Below are positions 25,211 through 38,024 of a DNA stretch of 64,000 nucleotides, piece by piece. The DNA lies in assembly GCA_977017645.1 (NCBI GenBank), contig OZ360233.1, positions 19,406,001 to 19,470,000 on the forward strand. Reading direction: 5' to 3'. The translations under genes and the position numbers were made by a program. Origin of the DNA: Torpedo marmorata. Its lineage: Eukaryota. The notes under the pieces were generated by a model, which had not been told where the DNA came from, did no database searches, and saw only the letters and a list, made by a program, of their open reading frames with translations. The stretch's first letter is position 1; every line of letters begins with the position of its first letter.

Positions 25211-26063
25211 ATGTTAGCTCTGTCAACATATTGGATTCTTACGGCAGTTGCTCTCTACACCGGTAAGTTGTTGGCGTGTCCAATATTGTGCTTTATTCTA
25301 CTGAAGCGAAAGATATTTAGTCGCTGAATTTCATGCATGATTGCAATACGTTCAAGCAAAAGACAGTGAATAAGGAGTGAAAAGTAGATTGTGGATCCAG
25401 CTCTGACGAGTGTAGTTCAAAAGGTTGAGAGGAACATCTTGGTTAATTGAAGCCAGACTTTCTGCTCTCCCGTTGGAATGGTCGCATTGTTAAGACGGAG
25501 ACGCGTGCCATACGATTATCCTTCTCTCCTGAGAAATAACGATGACGGGAAAAGGATGAATGAAAGGTTTGGACATTCATGGAAGACCGTTTCAATAAAT
25601 CGAATCCCAGTGCCATTCCGCCACCTTCTCTTGGAGCGTTATTGAATTTCTAGTTATTGTTTTTATCTTCGACCTGCATTAGGGGTAGTGGCAATTCGGA
25701 AAATGTGCGCAGTTAGGTGATGTTGGTGGATTCATGTTCTCTTCCGAATATTTCAGGACAATGTCGAGGCGATGCCGTTTCTCAGACACCGGGTGTGATC
25801 ACAGTGACTGAAGGAGACGATGCGCAGTTGAACTGTAACTATACAGCTACAAGCACAGACACGGCTGGATTAATTTGGTACCGTATGTATCCGGGCGGAT
25901 CACTGGACTTCTTGCTACTCAGAAGGAAATATGTTAGCGATGGGAAGAAAATTCCCGGAGAACGTTTCTCGGCGGAGCTCGACCATTCGAAAGGAACGGT
26001 GCCGCTGACTGTATCTGACACGCAGCTAGGAGACGTGGCGATGTATTATTGTGCTCTGAATCC
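25211..26063 (+). CDS. TRAV: TCR alpha/delta V segment (V5); leader exon 25211-25262, intron 25263-25756, V exon 25757-26063
   Basis: MLALSTYWILTAVALYT + G|GTAAGT donor and TTTCAG acceptor. Open V exon with Cys, WYR and YYC; four amino-acid differences from the V4 exon. Confidence 0.95.
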
Positions 26064-26102
26064 CACAGAGGTACGGAACTGAGCTGCGACTGTACAAAAA
26101 CT
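26064..26102 (+). other. 23-RSS of V5
   Basis: CACAGAG + 23 nt + ACAAAAACT, identical to the V4 RSS. Confidence 0.95.
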
Positions 26103-26351
26103 AACAGATCACCCCGCAGGGTATCAATGCGTGCATGAAGCTTTAAAAAAATCTTCGTTGTCTCCGTCCATTTGTCACAACCCGAATGGATGATCTGAGA
26201 CGATTATCCCCTTTTACATTACTAATAAGATTATATTGATCAGGTTACATATATTACGTATTGTCATGTAATGAAACAGAAATGTAATATGAGGCGAAAT
26301 AGTCTTTAGTATGCCATGCGGTATACAAAGTTTCGCCATTAGAATTAGCAT

Positions 26352-27176
26352 TGTCCGGCGCCCCTTTGTGACACAGAAAGAGAAGCAAACAATAGACCCC
26401 AGAGTGACCGAGTGTGTGTGGAAACGCCTCCTGCGCTCATATTGCCTCTGCATCCGAATAAGACTCCACGTCAGTTCAAACAGTCGGCAATCCGAACCCT
26501 GATCCAAACCTCCAACGGGGAAGCCTTCAGCGCCGAGAACCATTCGGGAACCTTGCTTGTCCTCAGCATCCTTCAGAATCCTAGTTCCGATATTGGTTCT
26601 CATGAGCCAGTTTCCAGCAGCCGGAGGCTCGTGTGATTATTTTCACCTCACGTAGTCAGATGCCCGAAGTCTATGTTGATTCCTTGCCAGATCGCCGCCT
26701 TCGTGCGTCCTTCAGCTGCAGCGACCATCGCTGTTCTACCACCGTGGTAACTGCTCATCGGATCCTCTCCTCTGCATCTCCTTCTCACGGGAGTGTTCTC
26801 CGCGTTACTGGTGCCCCGCGCCAATCCGCTGCTCGCTCCCCTGGAGTCCGCAACCCCTCGTGGCCGCTGCAGAACACAGGAGCCGGCATCTTGGGCCCAG
26901 ACACCGCGGTCGCAGGATTTTAAAATAAAGTAGCGTCGCCTCTTTCAACAAGCCGTTTTATCCTGTGCGGAATACCGGCAGTAGGACCCGGCGGTAGGAC
27001 CCCTTGCGGTGGCATTATTTATCGTTTTCCCGCGGGTCCACAGCAGCGGCAGCGCAGCCTTTACAGCTGCTCCGGCAGCGCCGTCATTACATCTTAATCT
27101 GCGCCCATAGTCACTTGACCAGCCAATTCCAGATCAGACGTGTGCCTGAAAGACGAGATAGAACTCACTCTTTGCA
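26352..27176 (-). mobile_element. Putative ERV 3' LTR (copy 2)
   Basis: Near-identical to 18834-19657; PPT at 27177-27188. Confidence 0.6.
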
Positions 27177-28139
27177 TTCCCCCCTTTTATGATCCGAATT
27201 TATAATCTGGTTCTCAGCTCTTGACAGTCATAACAACGACTTCCTTTTAATTAAAGGTTTTGCCGTATTCGTATAATACAAGTCAACATCTTGAAAATCC
27301 ATTCTACCCTGCTTGTTCCGTTTCCGCAATGTGTTAGCCTTTGAAATTTATATCCTGACTTCATTTATTATTTAAATATGTCTGAAATTTATTTTCTTCT
27401 ACGTTGATATCGCATCACTTGTTGAATGCACTGCAACTTCAACCTGACCTTGCAGGTGCGTAAGACCGCAAACACAGGTGACGAGTGGTTAGGTGAATTT
27501 TTACCGGAAGGATGCGAATTTGAATCCACGCCACATCTTTATTCGTGCAACCAGGAGTCGGGCAGTGCACTTTTCAGGGCGTATTTTCGCTAATTCCTCT
27601 CTCAAAATTGCACAGGCCACAGCTGACGTTTGAAAAAATACTTCTGTGCCCAAACTTTGCACACCTCGCAAGTTACAAACGAGATCAATTGTACCATGAG
27701 AAACAACGGGCGTTAATGTAGTGTACACAAACATGACCAAGTTCGTTCAAAATAATAAATTTATAACAGGTATGAAAATATCAAATTTTTAAACAAATAT
27801 ACTGAGGCCACTTTGCATGATAAATTGAAAATATCGTGTATGTAAACAAAATGCACCTGCTGTAATATACCCAGTGGTTGAACGAAGTGCAATGACGCAC
27901 TGACCAGTTATTTGGCTAATCGGGACGGTTAACTAACGCAACCTCAGTCTGCGAAGCCCACATCTCTTGCGTAAGTGAAAAAATATGTCTCGACCACGTA
28001 CAGCTTATCAAATATAAACACAAATCAATCACAACGTGCTCAGAAATAGTGGAAGTAACTCCAGATCCGTTTTGCGTCATATTAATATGTTCACGTTTGG
28101 TGATGTTGGTGGATTCATGTTCCCTTACGAATATTTCAG

Positions 28140-28446
28140 GATAATGTCGAGGCGACGCCGCTTCTCAGACACCGGGTGTGATAACAGTGACTGAAGGAGA
28201 CGATGCGCAGTTGAACTGTAACTATACAGCTACAAGCACAGACACTCCTAGATTAATTTGGTACCGTATGTATCCGGGCGGATCACTGGACTTTTTGCTA
28301 CTCACAACGAAATATGTCAGCGATGGGAAGAAAATTCCCGGGGAACGTTTCTCGGCGGAACTCGACCATTCGAAGGGAACGGTGCCGCTGAATGTATCTG
28401 ACACGCAGCGAAGGGACGCGGCGATGTATTATTGTGCTCTGAATCC
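28140..28446 (+). pseudogene. TCR alpha/delta V pseudogene (V6), no adjacent leader exon
   Basis: Paralogue of V4/V5; CAA>TAA at 28142-28144 just after the acceptor; upstream intron and leader replaced by ERV sequence. Confidence 0.9.
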
Positions 28447-28485
28447 CACAGAGGTACGGAACTGAGCTGTTTCCGTACAAAAACT
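28447..28485 (+). other. Intact 23-RSS of V6
   Basis: CACAGAG + 23 nt + ACAAAAACT. Confidence 0.93.
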
Positions 28486-28736
28486 AACATATCATCTCGC
28501 CGTGTGTCAATGCGTGCACGAAGCTTTGAAAAAATCTTCGCTGTCTCCGTCCATTTGTCACAATCCGAATGGTTGATTTTGGTTTGGATTATCCTATTTT
28601 ATATTATTGATAAGATTATATTGATCAGATTATATATATTATTTATTGTCATGTCATGAAACAGAAATGTAATATTAGGCGAAATTGTCTTTAGCATGCC
28701 ATGCGGTGAACAGAATCTCGCCATTAGAAATACCAT

Positions 28737-29559
28737 TGTCCGGCGCCCCTTACAGACACAGAAAGAGAAGCAAAAAAGAGAACCCCAGAGTCACCGAGTA
28801 TCCGTGGATTCGCCTCTTGCTCTTATTTTGCCTCTGCATCCGCAGAAGACTCCACGTCAGTTCAAACCGTCGGAAATCCGAGCCCTTATCCAACCCTCCA
28901 ATGGGGAAGCCTTCAGCACCCAGGGCCATTCGAGAGCCTTGCTTTTCCTCAGCATCCTCCAGAATCCTGGATCCGATATTGGTTGTCATTTTGCAAGCTT
29001 CTAGTAGCTGGAGGCTGGTGTGATTATTTCCCTCACGTCGTCAGTAGCCCACAGTCTATGTGGATTCCTTGCCCGCAAATCGCCAACAGATGGCCGCCTG
29101 CGTGCGCCCTTCAGCTGCAGCGACCCGCGCTGGTCAATCACCGCGGTAACCGTTCCTCGGGTCATCTCCTCTGCATCTCCTTCTCACCGGGATGCTGGTG
29201 TCCTGCGCCTGTCCTCTGCTCCCCTGGAGTCCGTAACCCCTCGTGGCCGCTGCAGAACACAGGAGCCGGCATCTTGGGCCCAGACACCGCGATCGCAGGA
29301 TTTTAAATTAAACACAGTCGCCTATTTCAACAGGCCGTTTTAAGCCTGTTCGGAATACCGGCAGTAGGCCCCGGCGGTAGGACCCTTCGCGGTGGCACTA
29401 TTTCACTGTTCCCCGCGGGTCCTCAGCAGCGGCAGCGCAGCCGTTACAACAGCTCCGGCAGCGCCGTTATTACATCTGAATCTGCGCCCATAGTCACTTG
29501 ACCAGCCAAAACCAGATCGCAAGTGTGCCTGAGAAATAAGACAGAACTCCCTCTTTGCA
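28737..29559 (-). mobile_element. Putative ERV 3' LTR (copy 3, more diverged)
   Basis: Homologous to copies 1 and 2; purine tract adjacent at 29560-29573. Confidence 0.58.
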
Positions 29560-31449
29560 TCCCCCTCCCCCCATTTATGATACGAATTTATTATGTGGTT
29601 CTCAGCTTTTGACAATCATAACCACGTTTTCCTTTTAATTAAAGGCTTTACCATATTGGTATTATACAAGTCAACATCTTGAAAATTCATTCTACCCTGA
29701 TTGTCCTGTTTCCGCAACGTGTTAGCCTTTGAAATTTAAATCACGACTTCATTTATTTTTTACTAAATATGCCTGAAATTTACTTTCTATTCCGTCGATA
29801 AGGCATCACTTGTGGAATATACTGTAACTGCAACCTGACCTTGCAGGTTTGTAAGTCCGCAAACACAGGTAACGAGTGGTTGGCTGCATTGGTACCGGAA
29901 GGATGCGAATTTGAAACCACGCCACATCCTTATTCATGCACCGAGGAGTCGGGGAGTGCACTTTTAAGGGCATAGTTTCGCTTCTTCCTCTCTCAAAATT
30001 TCGCTGGCAACAGCTCACGTTTGAAAAATATAATTCTCTGCCTAAACCGTGAACAACTCGCACATTAAAAACATGATCATGTGCAGCATGAGAAACAACG
30101 GGTGGTAATGTAGTGTACACAAACATGACCAGGTTCGTTCAAAATAATAAAGTGAAAAAATGTATGAAAATATATAAATATTATGCAAAGATACTGGGGC
30201 CACTTTGCATGATAAATTGACAATATCCTGTCTGTAAACAAAATCGACCTCGGGTTATATACCAGAGGTTGAACGAAGTGCAATGAAGCAGTGACCAATT
30301 ATGGGGCTAATAGGGACGGTTAACTAAACGCTGTCTCAGCCTGTGAAGCCCGCATCTCTTGCATCAGTGAAAGAATACTTATCGTCCACGTACACCTTAT
30401 CAAATATAAACACCAATCAATCACAACGTGCTCAGAAATAGTGCAATTAACTCTAGATCCGTTTCGCGTCATGTTACTATGTTCCATTTTAGTCGGGTTC
30501 GTTGTTGTTGATATTATACGGGTTTTGTTACTGCACTTTATTCTCACCGCTGGCTCGCAAAATTTCTCTGTATCCGGATCTGTACCTTCTCCTCTATAAT
30601 CTTACATGTTACACTGCAGGGAACGTTATGGATTCGGTGGCCAATTATCCACACTCCCAATAGACGGTATCCCCAGACTCGCGGTCCAATTATAATAAAT
30701 ATCAAATTGTCCAATTCCCCAACCCCTCAATAGACTCATTCTCCTGACTCGCTGGCCAATTCCCAATTTCCAACATAAACTGATTCACCCTGACTCGCTG
30801 TCCAATTAAAACACACCTACCCCTTGAAATCCGTATTCCTTCCTGCAGGTCCTTTTATGGATGCAGTCATGGAAATCCGATCAACATTGGACTAGGGAAC
30901 GTGAGACCAGGGCTCCACGGAGGGAGATTAAGGTAATTTTACTTTGAGGGCCCTATCTCCCTCTGTTTCTCCGACGCCGGCCCGTCCATTTATTCAGCAC
31001 GAACTTGATCCGTGAATCCTGCCTTGGGATCCCGCGACTACGACAAATGTTAAAGTGGACGTTTGTTTATTTGAAGCAAACACGAATACAGCTGCACAGA
31101 CAGATTTTAATCACTTTGCAAAGGATGATAACTCAATTACAGCATAAATCATTACCGCGAGCAGCTTGTCTAGCTATCAGGAGAGTTTGCCTCGTGGATA
31201 ACAATTCAATTTTTATACCTTCAGGCGCCAAGGTATCTGGAACATTGGAATAGACTGCTCCATATAAGTACACATTCCTCAGAATTCTCTTTGCATTCGT
31301 TAATTAGGGTCGTGTCCCTTGCAGAAAGGTTAATTGTCTTTTACCTTACCAAATAAAGAGGTCATTATCAGCTCCAGCTGATAACAAAATAATGGAATGC
31401 CGAAAACGTCCGCCTTCCAGTCAGTATATTAAAACATACATTCTCATCC

Positions 31450-32570
31450 TCCCACTTTTATAATTTATTTATTTTTCTTAAATTCCATGATAATTTATAG
31501 CTGTATACTAGTGAGTTGACTAATAGCAAGTTTACTTAAGCGGCACGTTGTGTTAATAGAAGAATAGCTATTAGCATGATAAATGCTTTTCAAAGCCAGT
31601 GTAACCAATGTGTACCAAACCATTGCCAAATGGGATCGGTTTAATAATTATGCACGAGAGCCTCGATTCTCTTTAAATTGTTTACATGTTGACTCATGTG
31701 CTCCACTAGTTTGTTAATATTCTCAGTGTTGTCTGGAATACACGAACAACAATCGTGGTCTATAATAGCGCAAGTACCCCCCACTGTCAGCAAGTAGAAA
31801 GTGTAATGCAATACGAATCTGAATGGCAACCGGTTCAGCATACAGCTTCTTCATGGCATGCTCTATGCGCGGTAACCCGTTAGCCGTGACATTGGCCAAC
31901 TGTGCCAAGATCGAAGAGAGGGCTATGAATTATATCCATGCTTTAACGTACCATAGAAGGGGAACAGTGTCAAAAGGAAATGTTCCACTATGGAAATTCC
32001 ACATTTGGTTTCGCACCTTCCAGACCTGGCCGAATGGTCATCTAAACTTTGCACATGGTGAATACAGGGGACTACATACCCAAGGTAGCATACCCTGTCC
32101 AATTTATCGTTATCCACGGGTAGGGTACAGTAAATGTACTGTTGTCCAACTCAGGGTCAGAGATTTCACCCACGAGATGGTCCTCGTATCCACTCAAAAC
32201 TGGTAAAATTGATTAACGGCATTCCAACCGAAAAATTCCTTCCTGATGTCGCTCTCAGCAGAATTGTCCCTTGAGCATGACCCTTGTACCAATATCTGCA
32301 ATAGCCAGGGCTGGAGGTGTATGGGTGTGATCATCCGGCGGCAGGTAGCTGTGGGTAAAGGTGATAAGGTTGTCTCGGTGGCATGCACAATTTTTCTGAA
32401 TGCTTTTCTCAATGTTGTCCCCTAGTGTTTGGTTACATTCCTTGCTTGTACTCGTGCATTTTAGCCATATGATACACATACCATTCAATAGATCTTAGCA
32501 CTGAATATGGCACTGGTCGCTAGGGAATCCCTCCCTCAGAATCTATATGGATGTGTGAGCACATTCAACA
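31450..32570 (-). mobile_element. env: ERV env remnant (partial SU plus TM, copy 3)
   Basis: CYLGYVVPCI, decayed furin site, hydrophobic fusion-peptide-like GISIVEHFLLTLFPFYG, AIQIRIALHFLLA, GGTCAIIDHDCC; frameshifted. Confidence 0.85.
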
Positions 32571-32574
32571 ACTA

Positions 32575-33910
32575 GAGATAGAACATTGAATATAGAATGC
32601 TGCATCACAGTACAGAACGTTCGGCCTTCGATGTTGTGCCGACCAATATATTCCTTAAAAAAGTACTAAACCCTCCCTACCCCGTAACCCTCTATGTTTC
32701 TTCCATCCATGTGCCTGTCTGTTGAAAGCCCCTAATGCCCACCACCACCCCAAGGCATTCAAGGCACCCACAACTCCCTGCGTAAAAATACGTAACCCTG
32801 ATATCTCCCTTGCACCTCCCTCCCTTCACTTTGTAGACATGTCCTCTGGTGTTCTCTGTTCATGCCCTGGGAACAGGCGCTGGCTGTCCACCCTATCTAT
32901 GCCTCTCATAGTCTTGTCGACCTCATTACATCTCCTCTCATATTTCTACGCTCAAAAGAAAAAAGTCGCAGCTCTGCTAACCTTGCCTCATAAGACTTAT
33001 TTTCCAATCCAGGTAACATAATGGTTAAATCTCCTGTGCTCCCTCCCATATCTTTCACATCCTTCCTGTACTGAGGTGACCAGAACTGCACACAATACTT
33101 TAAGTGTGGTCTCACCAAAGATTTGTAGATTTGCAACATTACCTCTCGACTCTTGAACTCAATCCATCTATTTATGAAGCCCAGCATCCCATAGCCGTTC
33201 TTAACTATCCTCTCAACTTGTTCGGCGACCTTGGGGGATGTACGGATTTTGATCCCAAGGTCCCTCTGTTGATCGACACTCTTAAGTAACCGACCATTAA
33301 CCCTGTACTCAACCTTCTGGTTTGTATTTACAGAATGCATCACCTCACATTTATCCGGATTGAACTCCATCTCTCACTTGTACGCACAAAACTGCATCCC
33401 GTCTATATCCTCTTGTAACTTTCGACAAACTTAAGCTCCATCCACAACTCATCTAACCTTCGTATCATCCGCAAACCTACTGACCCATCCTTCTGCCTCT
33501 TCATCGAGGTCACTTATAAAAAAATCGCAAACAGCAGGGGTCCCAGAACAGATCCTTGCGGTACTCCACTCATCAATGACCTCCAGGAAGAATACTTTCC
33601 TTCCACTACTTCTCTCTGCTTTCTACTTGAAAGCCATTTTTTTCATCCACACAACCAAGGTTCCATGGATCCCATGCCTCATGACGTTCTGAACGAATCT
33701 CTCAAGGGGGACCATGTCAGGTGCCTTACTGAAATCCATGTAGACCACATCTACCGCCTTACCCTCATCAATTACTTTTGTTACCTTTTCAAAAATCTAA
33801 ATTCGGCTCGTGAGGCACGATCTTTCCTTCACAAAGCCATGCTGACTATCGTTGAGTAGACTGTACTTCTCTAAATGCTCATAGATCCTATCCCTAAGAT
33901 CCTCTACAAT
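32575..33910 (-). mobile_element. CR1 LINE 3' part
   Basis: MEFNPDKCEVMH..QRDLG..YKSLVRPHLKYCVQFWSP..LFSFERR; short tandem tail near 32575-32600. Confidence 0.92.
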
Positions 33911-33914
33911 AGCT

Positions 33915-34815
33915 CACGTGTGAAGAACGGACCACCAGATGGCAGGAGGTCATTCTTATAACTGACATCTCTGCGGAGACGGTCGCTAGGGCTTTTTTGG
34001 ATCGTTGGATTCCATCTTTCGGAGTTCCGGTCACTATTACAAGTGTCTCAGTTCCAGTCGGCGTTGTTCCGAGCTCTCACCGATCTTCTGGGCACTACTC
34101 GTATTCGCACTATGGCTTACCATCTGCAGGCCTACGGCTTCGTTCAGCGTTTCCATCGGCCATTGAAGGCAGCATTGACAGCAGGTGGAGATGCATGTAC
34201 GTAGAGCGAACATTTGCCCATGGTTCTCCTTGGCGTGCGTACTGATATTAAGCCAGAACTTGGATGTTTGGCGGAAGAGCTAGTATATGGAACTACATTA
34301 ACCTTTCCAGGCTAATTTCTGAATCCGTGTCCTCGCAAAATGCTCTATAATCCGGCTAGTTATATTGATCGTTTTAGGGAAAACACGAGATTACTCAAAC
34401 CTAGTCCTACGCGGCAGGCGTCACCTGCAGTTTATGTGCCGATTGATTTACAACGCTGTACACATGTATTCAGTCGTCCTGCTGCTGGTTGCAAACCTCA
34501 TCAGCCCGTTTATGATGGACATGTTCAGGTCTTACGACGCTCCGCGAAGACTTTTGTGATCGACAGGAATGGAAAAGCTGACACGGTTTCCATCGACAAG
34601 TTAAAGCCGGCGTATATTGACGATTCATGTTCTGTGTCGAAGCCAAAGTCAGAGGACCAGTGGCACCCTTGCCAGTCGGACAGTGCATCGCCTGTCTTGC
34701 ACTATCGTATGAGGTCACGCCGAACTATCAGACTTCCGGACCGTTAGGTAGCGAGACAGTTGCAATCAGTCGCCTCCATGCATGTCTCGGAGGATGACGG
34801 GGGGGGAGGGGGTGG
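33915..34815 (+). mobile_element. Gypsy integrase 3' fragment with polypurine tract
   Basis: WIPSFGVPVTITS, ELVYG, YDGHVQVLRRSAKTFVIDRNGKADTVSIDKLKPAY; G-rich tract at ~34798-34812. Confidence 0.85.
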
Positions 34816-35704
34816 GTGGCATTTGCAAGAGGAGTAGAGTGATTATTTCAGGATCACTCGTGTGGCACTGATCCAATGAGAAAGACATAGGGGTTTGGTA
34901 AGTTGAAGGATTCTTTGTTGTGTCTAGTGGAATAAAATAAAGTGAACTTCATGGTATGCTGGAAGAAACGATTGAGTGTATTCATTATTAGTTTGTAAGC
35001 TGTTATAAATCAGTGCTGCTACAGCTTTTCTTACTATTTTCATTATTTATGGCACAGTAAATCATTAATCGGATCTGAAAAAAAAATTTAAATATTTAAA
35101 ATGTAATTTAAATTTAAATATTAGACTGGAATTCCTTCATAACTCAGGTCAAAACCTCGCTCGACAAAGTCGACAAGTTGTCTGCTGAGCACTTATGTAT
35201 CAGACACGTTCTGTTCACATTCCACAATATACAGCATGTATTCTCAGAGCGTTTATTTTAATTGATTGTGATATTTGGTCCAGCTCAGTGTTGTAAGGTT
35301 CAGGATGTTCTCGCTTCTGCTGTTTCTGCTGGGAAATTCGTTGCGAAATGCTGGTGAATGGTGGCCGTTCTACCCATATGTTGTGCGCTCCTCGCCCTGT
35401 CCCCACTGCCCGTCCTATATGGGAATCAGTCAGCGATTTTATGGGAACTTTCTGCTTGTAGAGATCACAACGAGCAAGTTAAGTATTGAGAACAAGGGGC
35501 GATGGTCTCATAGCATCGGGAAACTGTGAGTACTGTGTCAATTCAGTTCTCAGTATCGTCAAAAAACGCACTGAATGCCTTTTGGAATGCGCTCAATATG
35601 CAACTCTTAAGAGTTCCTGAGCTTTGTATCCATGTAATTTACAATTACTGTTCAGCTACCGAGCAATGCTTTATCCGACCCAAGCCCCAGTGCACAGCGT
35701 AAAA

Positions 35705-37690
35705 TCTAAATGGGAGGGGCAGCGGAGAATCTGAACGATTACACCAGGGCTGTCACAGACTTTATCAAAACAGCTGTGGATGAGTGTGTCCCCACCAAAT
35801 CGTTAAGGGTTTTCCTCAACCAGAAGCCCTGGGTGATCAATGAAATCCGGAACTGGCTGAGAGCCAGATCACAAGCATTTAACTCCAGAAATCCAGCTTA
35901 ATACAGAAGTAGCAGGTATGAACTGCGAGAAGGTATCTCCCGGGCGAGGCTGAGATTGCTGATGAAAATGGAAACAACAAAGGACAACCGACAGCTGCGG
36001 CCGGGACTAAATGCAATGTCCTACTGCAGAACCAAATCCGGTGCTGTAGCACAAGGCAAAACATCGCTTCCAAAGGAATTCAATGCCTTCTACGCCCGAT
36101 TGTACCACAGTAACAGCGGACAACCACACGTCCGCACCCCCACGTCCCCGGATGATCCCATTCAGTCCGCATCTGAGGATGATGTGCGTGTTGCTTTCAA
36201 GAGAGTGAATCCGAGGAATATATCTGGCCTGGTCGGAGTACCTGGCCGAGTAACAAATCTATGCTGACCACCTTACCAATGTATTCACGAATATCTTCAA
36301 CATCTCACTCCGCCAGGGCGTGGTTCCCACCTGTTTCAAACAGGCCTCAATCATACCGGTGCCCACAAAAAGTGTAGTAACCTGCCTTAATTACTGTCGA
36401 CCAGTAGCACTTACATCAAAGGCGATGAACTGTGTTGGAAGGCTTGTGTTGACCTATATCAGCTCCTGCCTGAGCGGCGACACTGATGCGTTCCACCTCG
36501 CCTACTATAGCAACAGGTCTTCGGCGGATTCCATCTCACTGGCTCTACACAAAGCCCTGGAACACCTGTACAGTAAAGATGCATTCATAACAATGCTCTT
36601 TATCGATTACAGTTCGGCATTTAACACCATCATCACCTCAAGACTGATCTGTAAACTCCAGGACCTGGGACTCAACACCCCACTGCGTAATTGGATCATG
36701 GATTTCCTCACCTCAAGACCACAATCAGTGAAGATTGGTAAGAACATCTCCTCCACAATCGCCATCAGTACTGGAGCACCACAGGGCTGCGTTCTTCGCT
36801 CACAGCTCCACTCACTCCACACCTACGACTGTGTAGCTTAGTACGACAATAACACCATCTGAAAATTTGCCGACGATACCAAGGTAGTGAGTTGGATAAA
36901 GAAAGGTGATGAGTCAGCACAGAGGAAGGAGATTGAAAACTTGGCTGAATGGTGCACCAAAAAATAACCTTGCTCTCAATGACACTAAAACTAATAAACT
37001 GATTGTTGACTTAGGAAGGGAAAACCAGGGGTATACAATCCTGTAATCAGAGGTGGAGAGGGTGAGCAAATTTATGTTCTTGGGAGTCACAAACTCAGAT
37101 AATATTTCCTGGACGCAACACAATAATGACTTCGTGAAAGGGTACGTCAGCGCCTCTATTTCTTCAGTAGTTTGCGGAGGTTTGGTAACCCCGGCAAAGT
37201 TCAACAAAAGTGTGGTGGAAAGTGTATGGGGACATCAATACCCCCGAGCGTAAAACCTTCTCAAAGCAAGTGGACACAGCCCAGGACATCAGAGGCAAAA
37301 CCATCCGCACCCTCTACATCTACAGGAAACGCTGCCGTCGGAGAGCAGCAGGAAGCACAAAGGATCCACATCACCCAGCACACGCACTGTCCTCGCTGTT
37401 GCCATCAGGAACGAGATAAAATGCAACAGGACTCGGACCAACCATCTTCAGGGACAGCTGCTACTCCTCCACAACAAACTCAATCAGGGAGTCATTTAAT
37501 GACACTTACTTGTGCACCTTGTTGTTTTATTTTTCATTCTCACTGTATAGCACAGTCAGTTTGTTTACATTCGTTATTTGTTTACAGTTCTTTCTTTGTT
37601 TATATGTATACGCTGTATACAGTCTTTTGTGAACTAACAAGATTTTATGTGATATCATGTATGTACTCTGAACATACATCTGAAATTTGA
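35705..37690 (+). mobile_element. Rex1/Babar LINE, degenerate, 5'-truncated
   Basis: NQKPW, VPTCFKQASIIPVP, LFIDYSSAFNTI, GAPQGCVL, KFADD; stops and frameshifts; paralogue of 57952-59960. Confidence 0.9.
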
Positions 37691-37949
37691 AATCTTAAAT
37701 CTAATTTCTTCGTGGATGAAAGTCATTTTAGAGTGAAATACAGCGCCAAACATTCCATCAGACAGTGGTACAGCCACAGACACTGACACACACCTCCTTT
37801 CTGCAACACGACCCCTGTCGCAAATGAAGACATCTGCGTATTCGATAGTGGACCAACATCATTGCCCTCGAATACAACCTATTCTATACTTTGTTTATAA
37901 TGGAATTGATTATCATAGTCAAATCCTCAACTGATCTTTAAGCCCCATT

Positions 37950-38024
37950 GTGGAACAGAATCGCACAATATCGATGTCATTCCTGTCCAATGAATGACAT
38001 CGATATTGAGCGATTCTGTTCCAC
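37950..38024. repeat. Inverted repeat, 33-bp arms (one mismatch), 9-nt loop
   Basis: gtggaacagaatcgcacaatatcgatgtcattc / gaatgacatcgatattgagcgattctgttccac. Confidence 0.97.

Larger units (their letters stand above)
22150..28098 (+). repeat. Tandem duplication unit 2 (3'-truncated)
   Basis: Colinear with 15210-20580, with an extra ~0.6 kb insertion at ~24110-24720. Confidence 0.92.
28099..32570 (+). repeat. Tandem duplication unit 3 (5'-truncated; V6 plus longer ERV remnant)
   Basis: Starts 41 nt before the V exon, colinear with 18199-22043, then continues into more env. Confidence 0.9.

Noticed and set aside
15210-32570. env as a domesticated (syncytin-like) host gene
   Set aside because: Both env copies are truncated or frameshifted, with damaged furin and ISD motifs.
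34885-34955. Possible RSS and V 3' end for the orphan leader (minus strand)
   Set aside because: CACAACA plus 16 nt plus ACCAAACCC is too degenerate, and there is no YYC.
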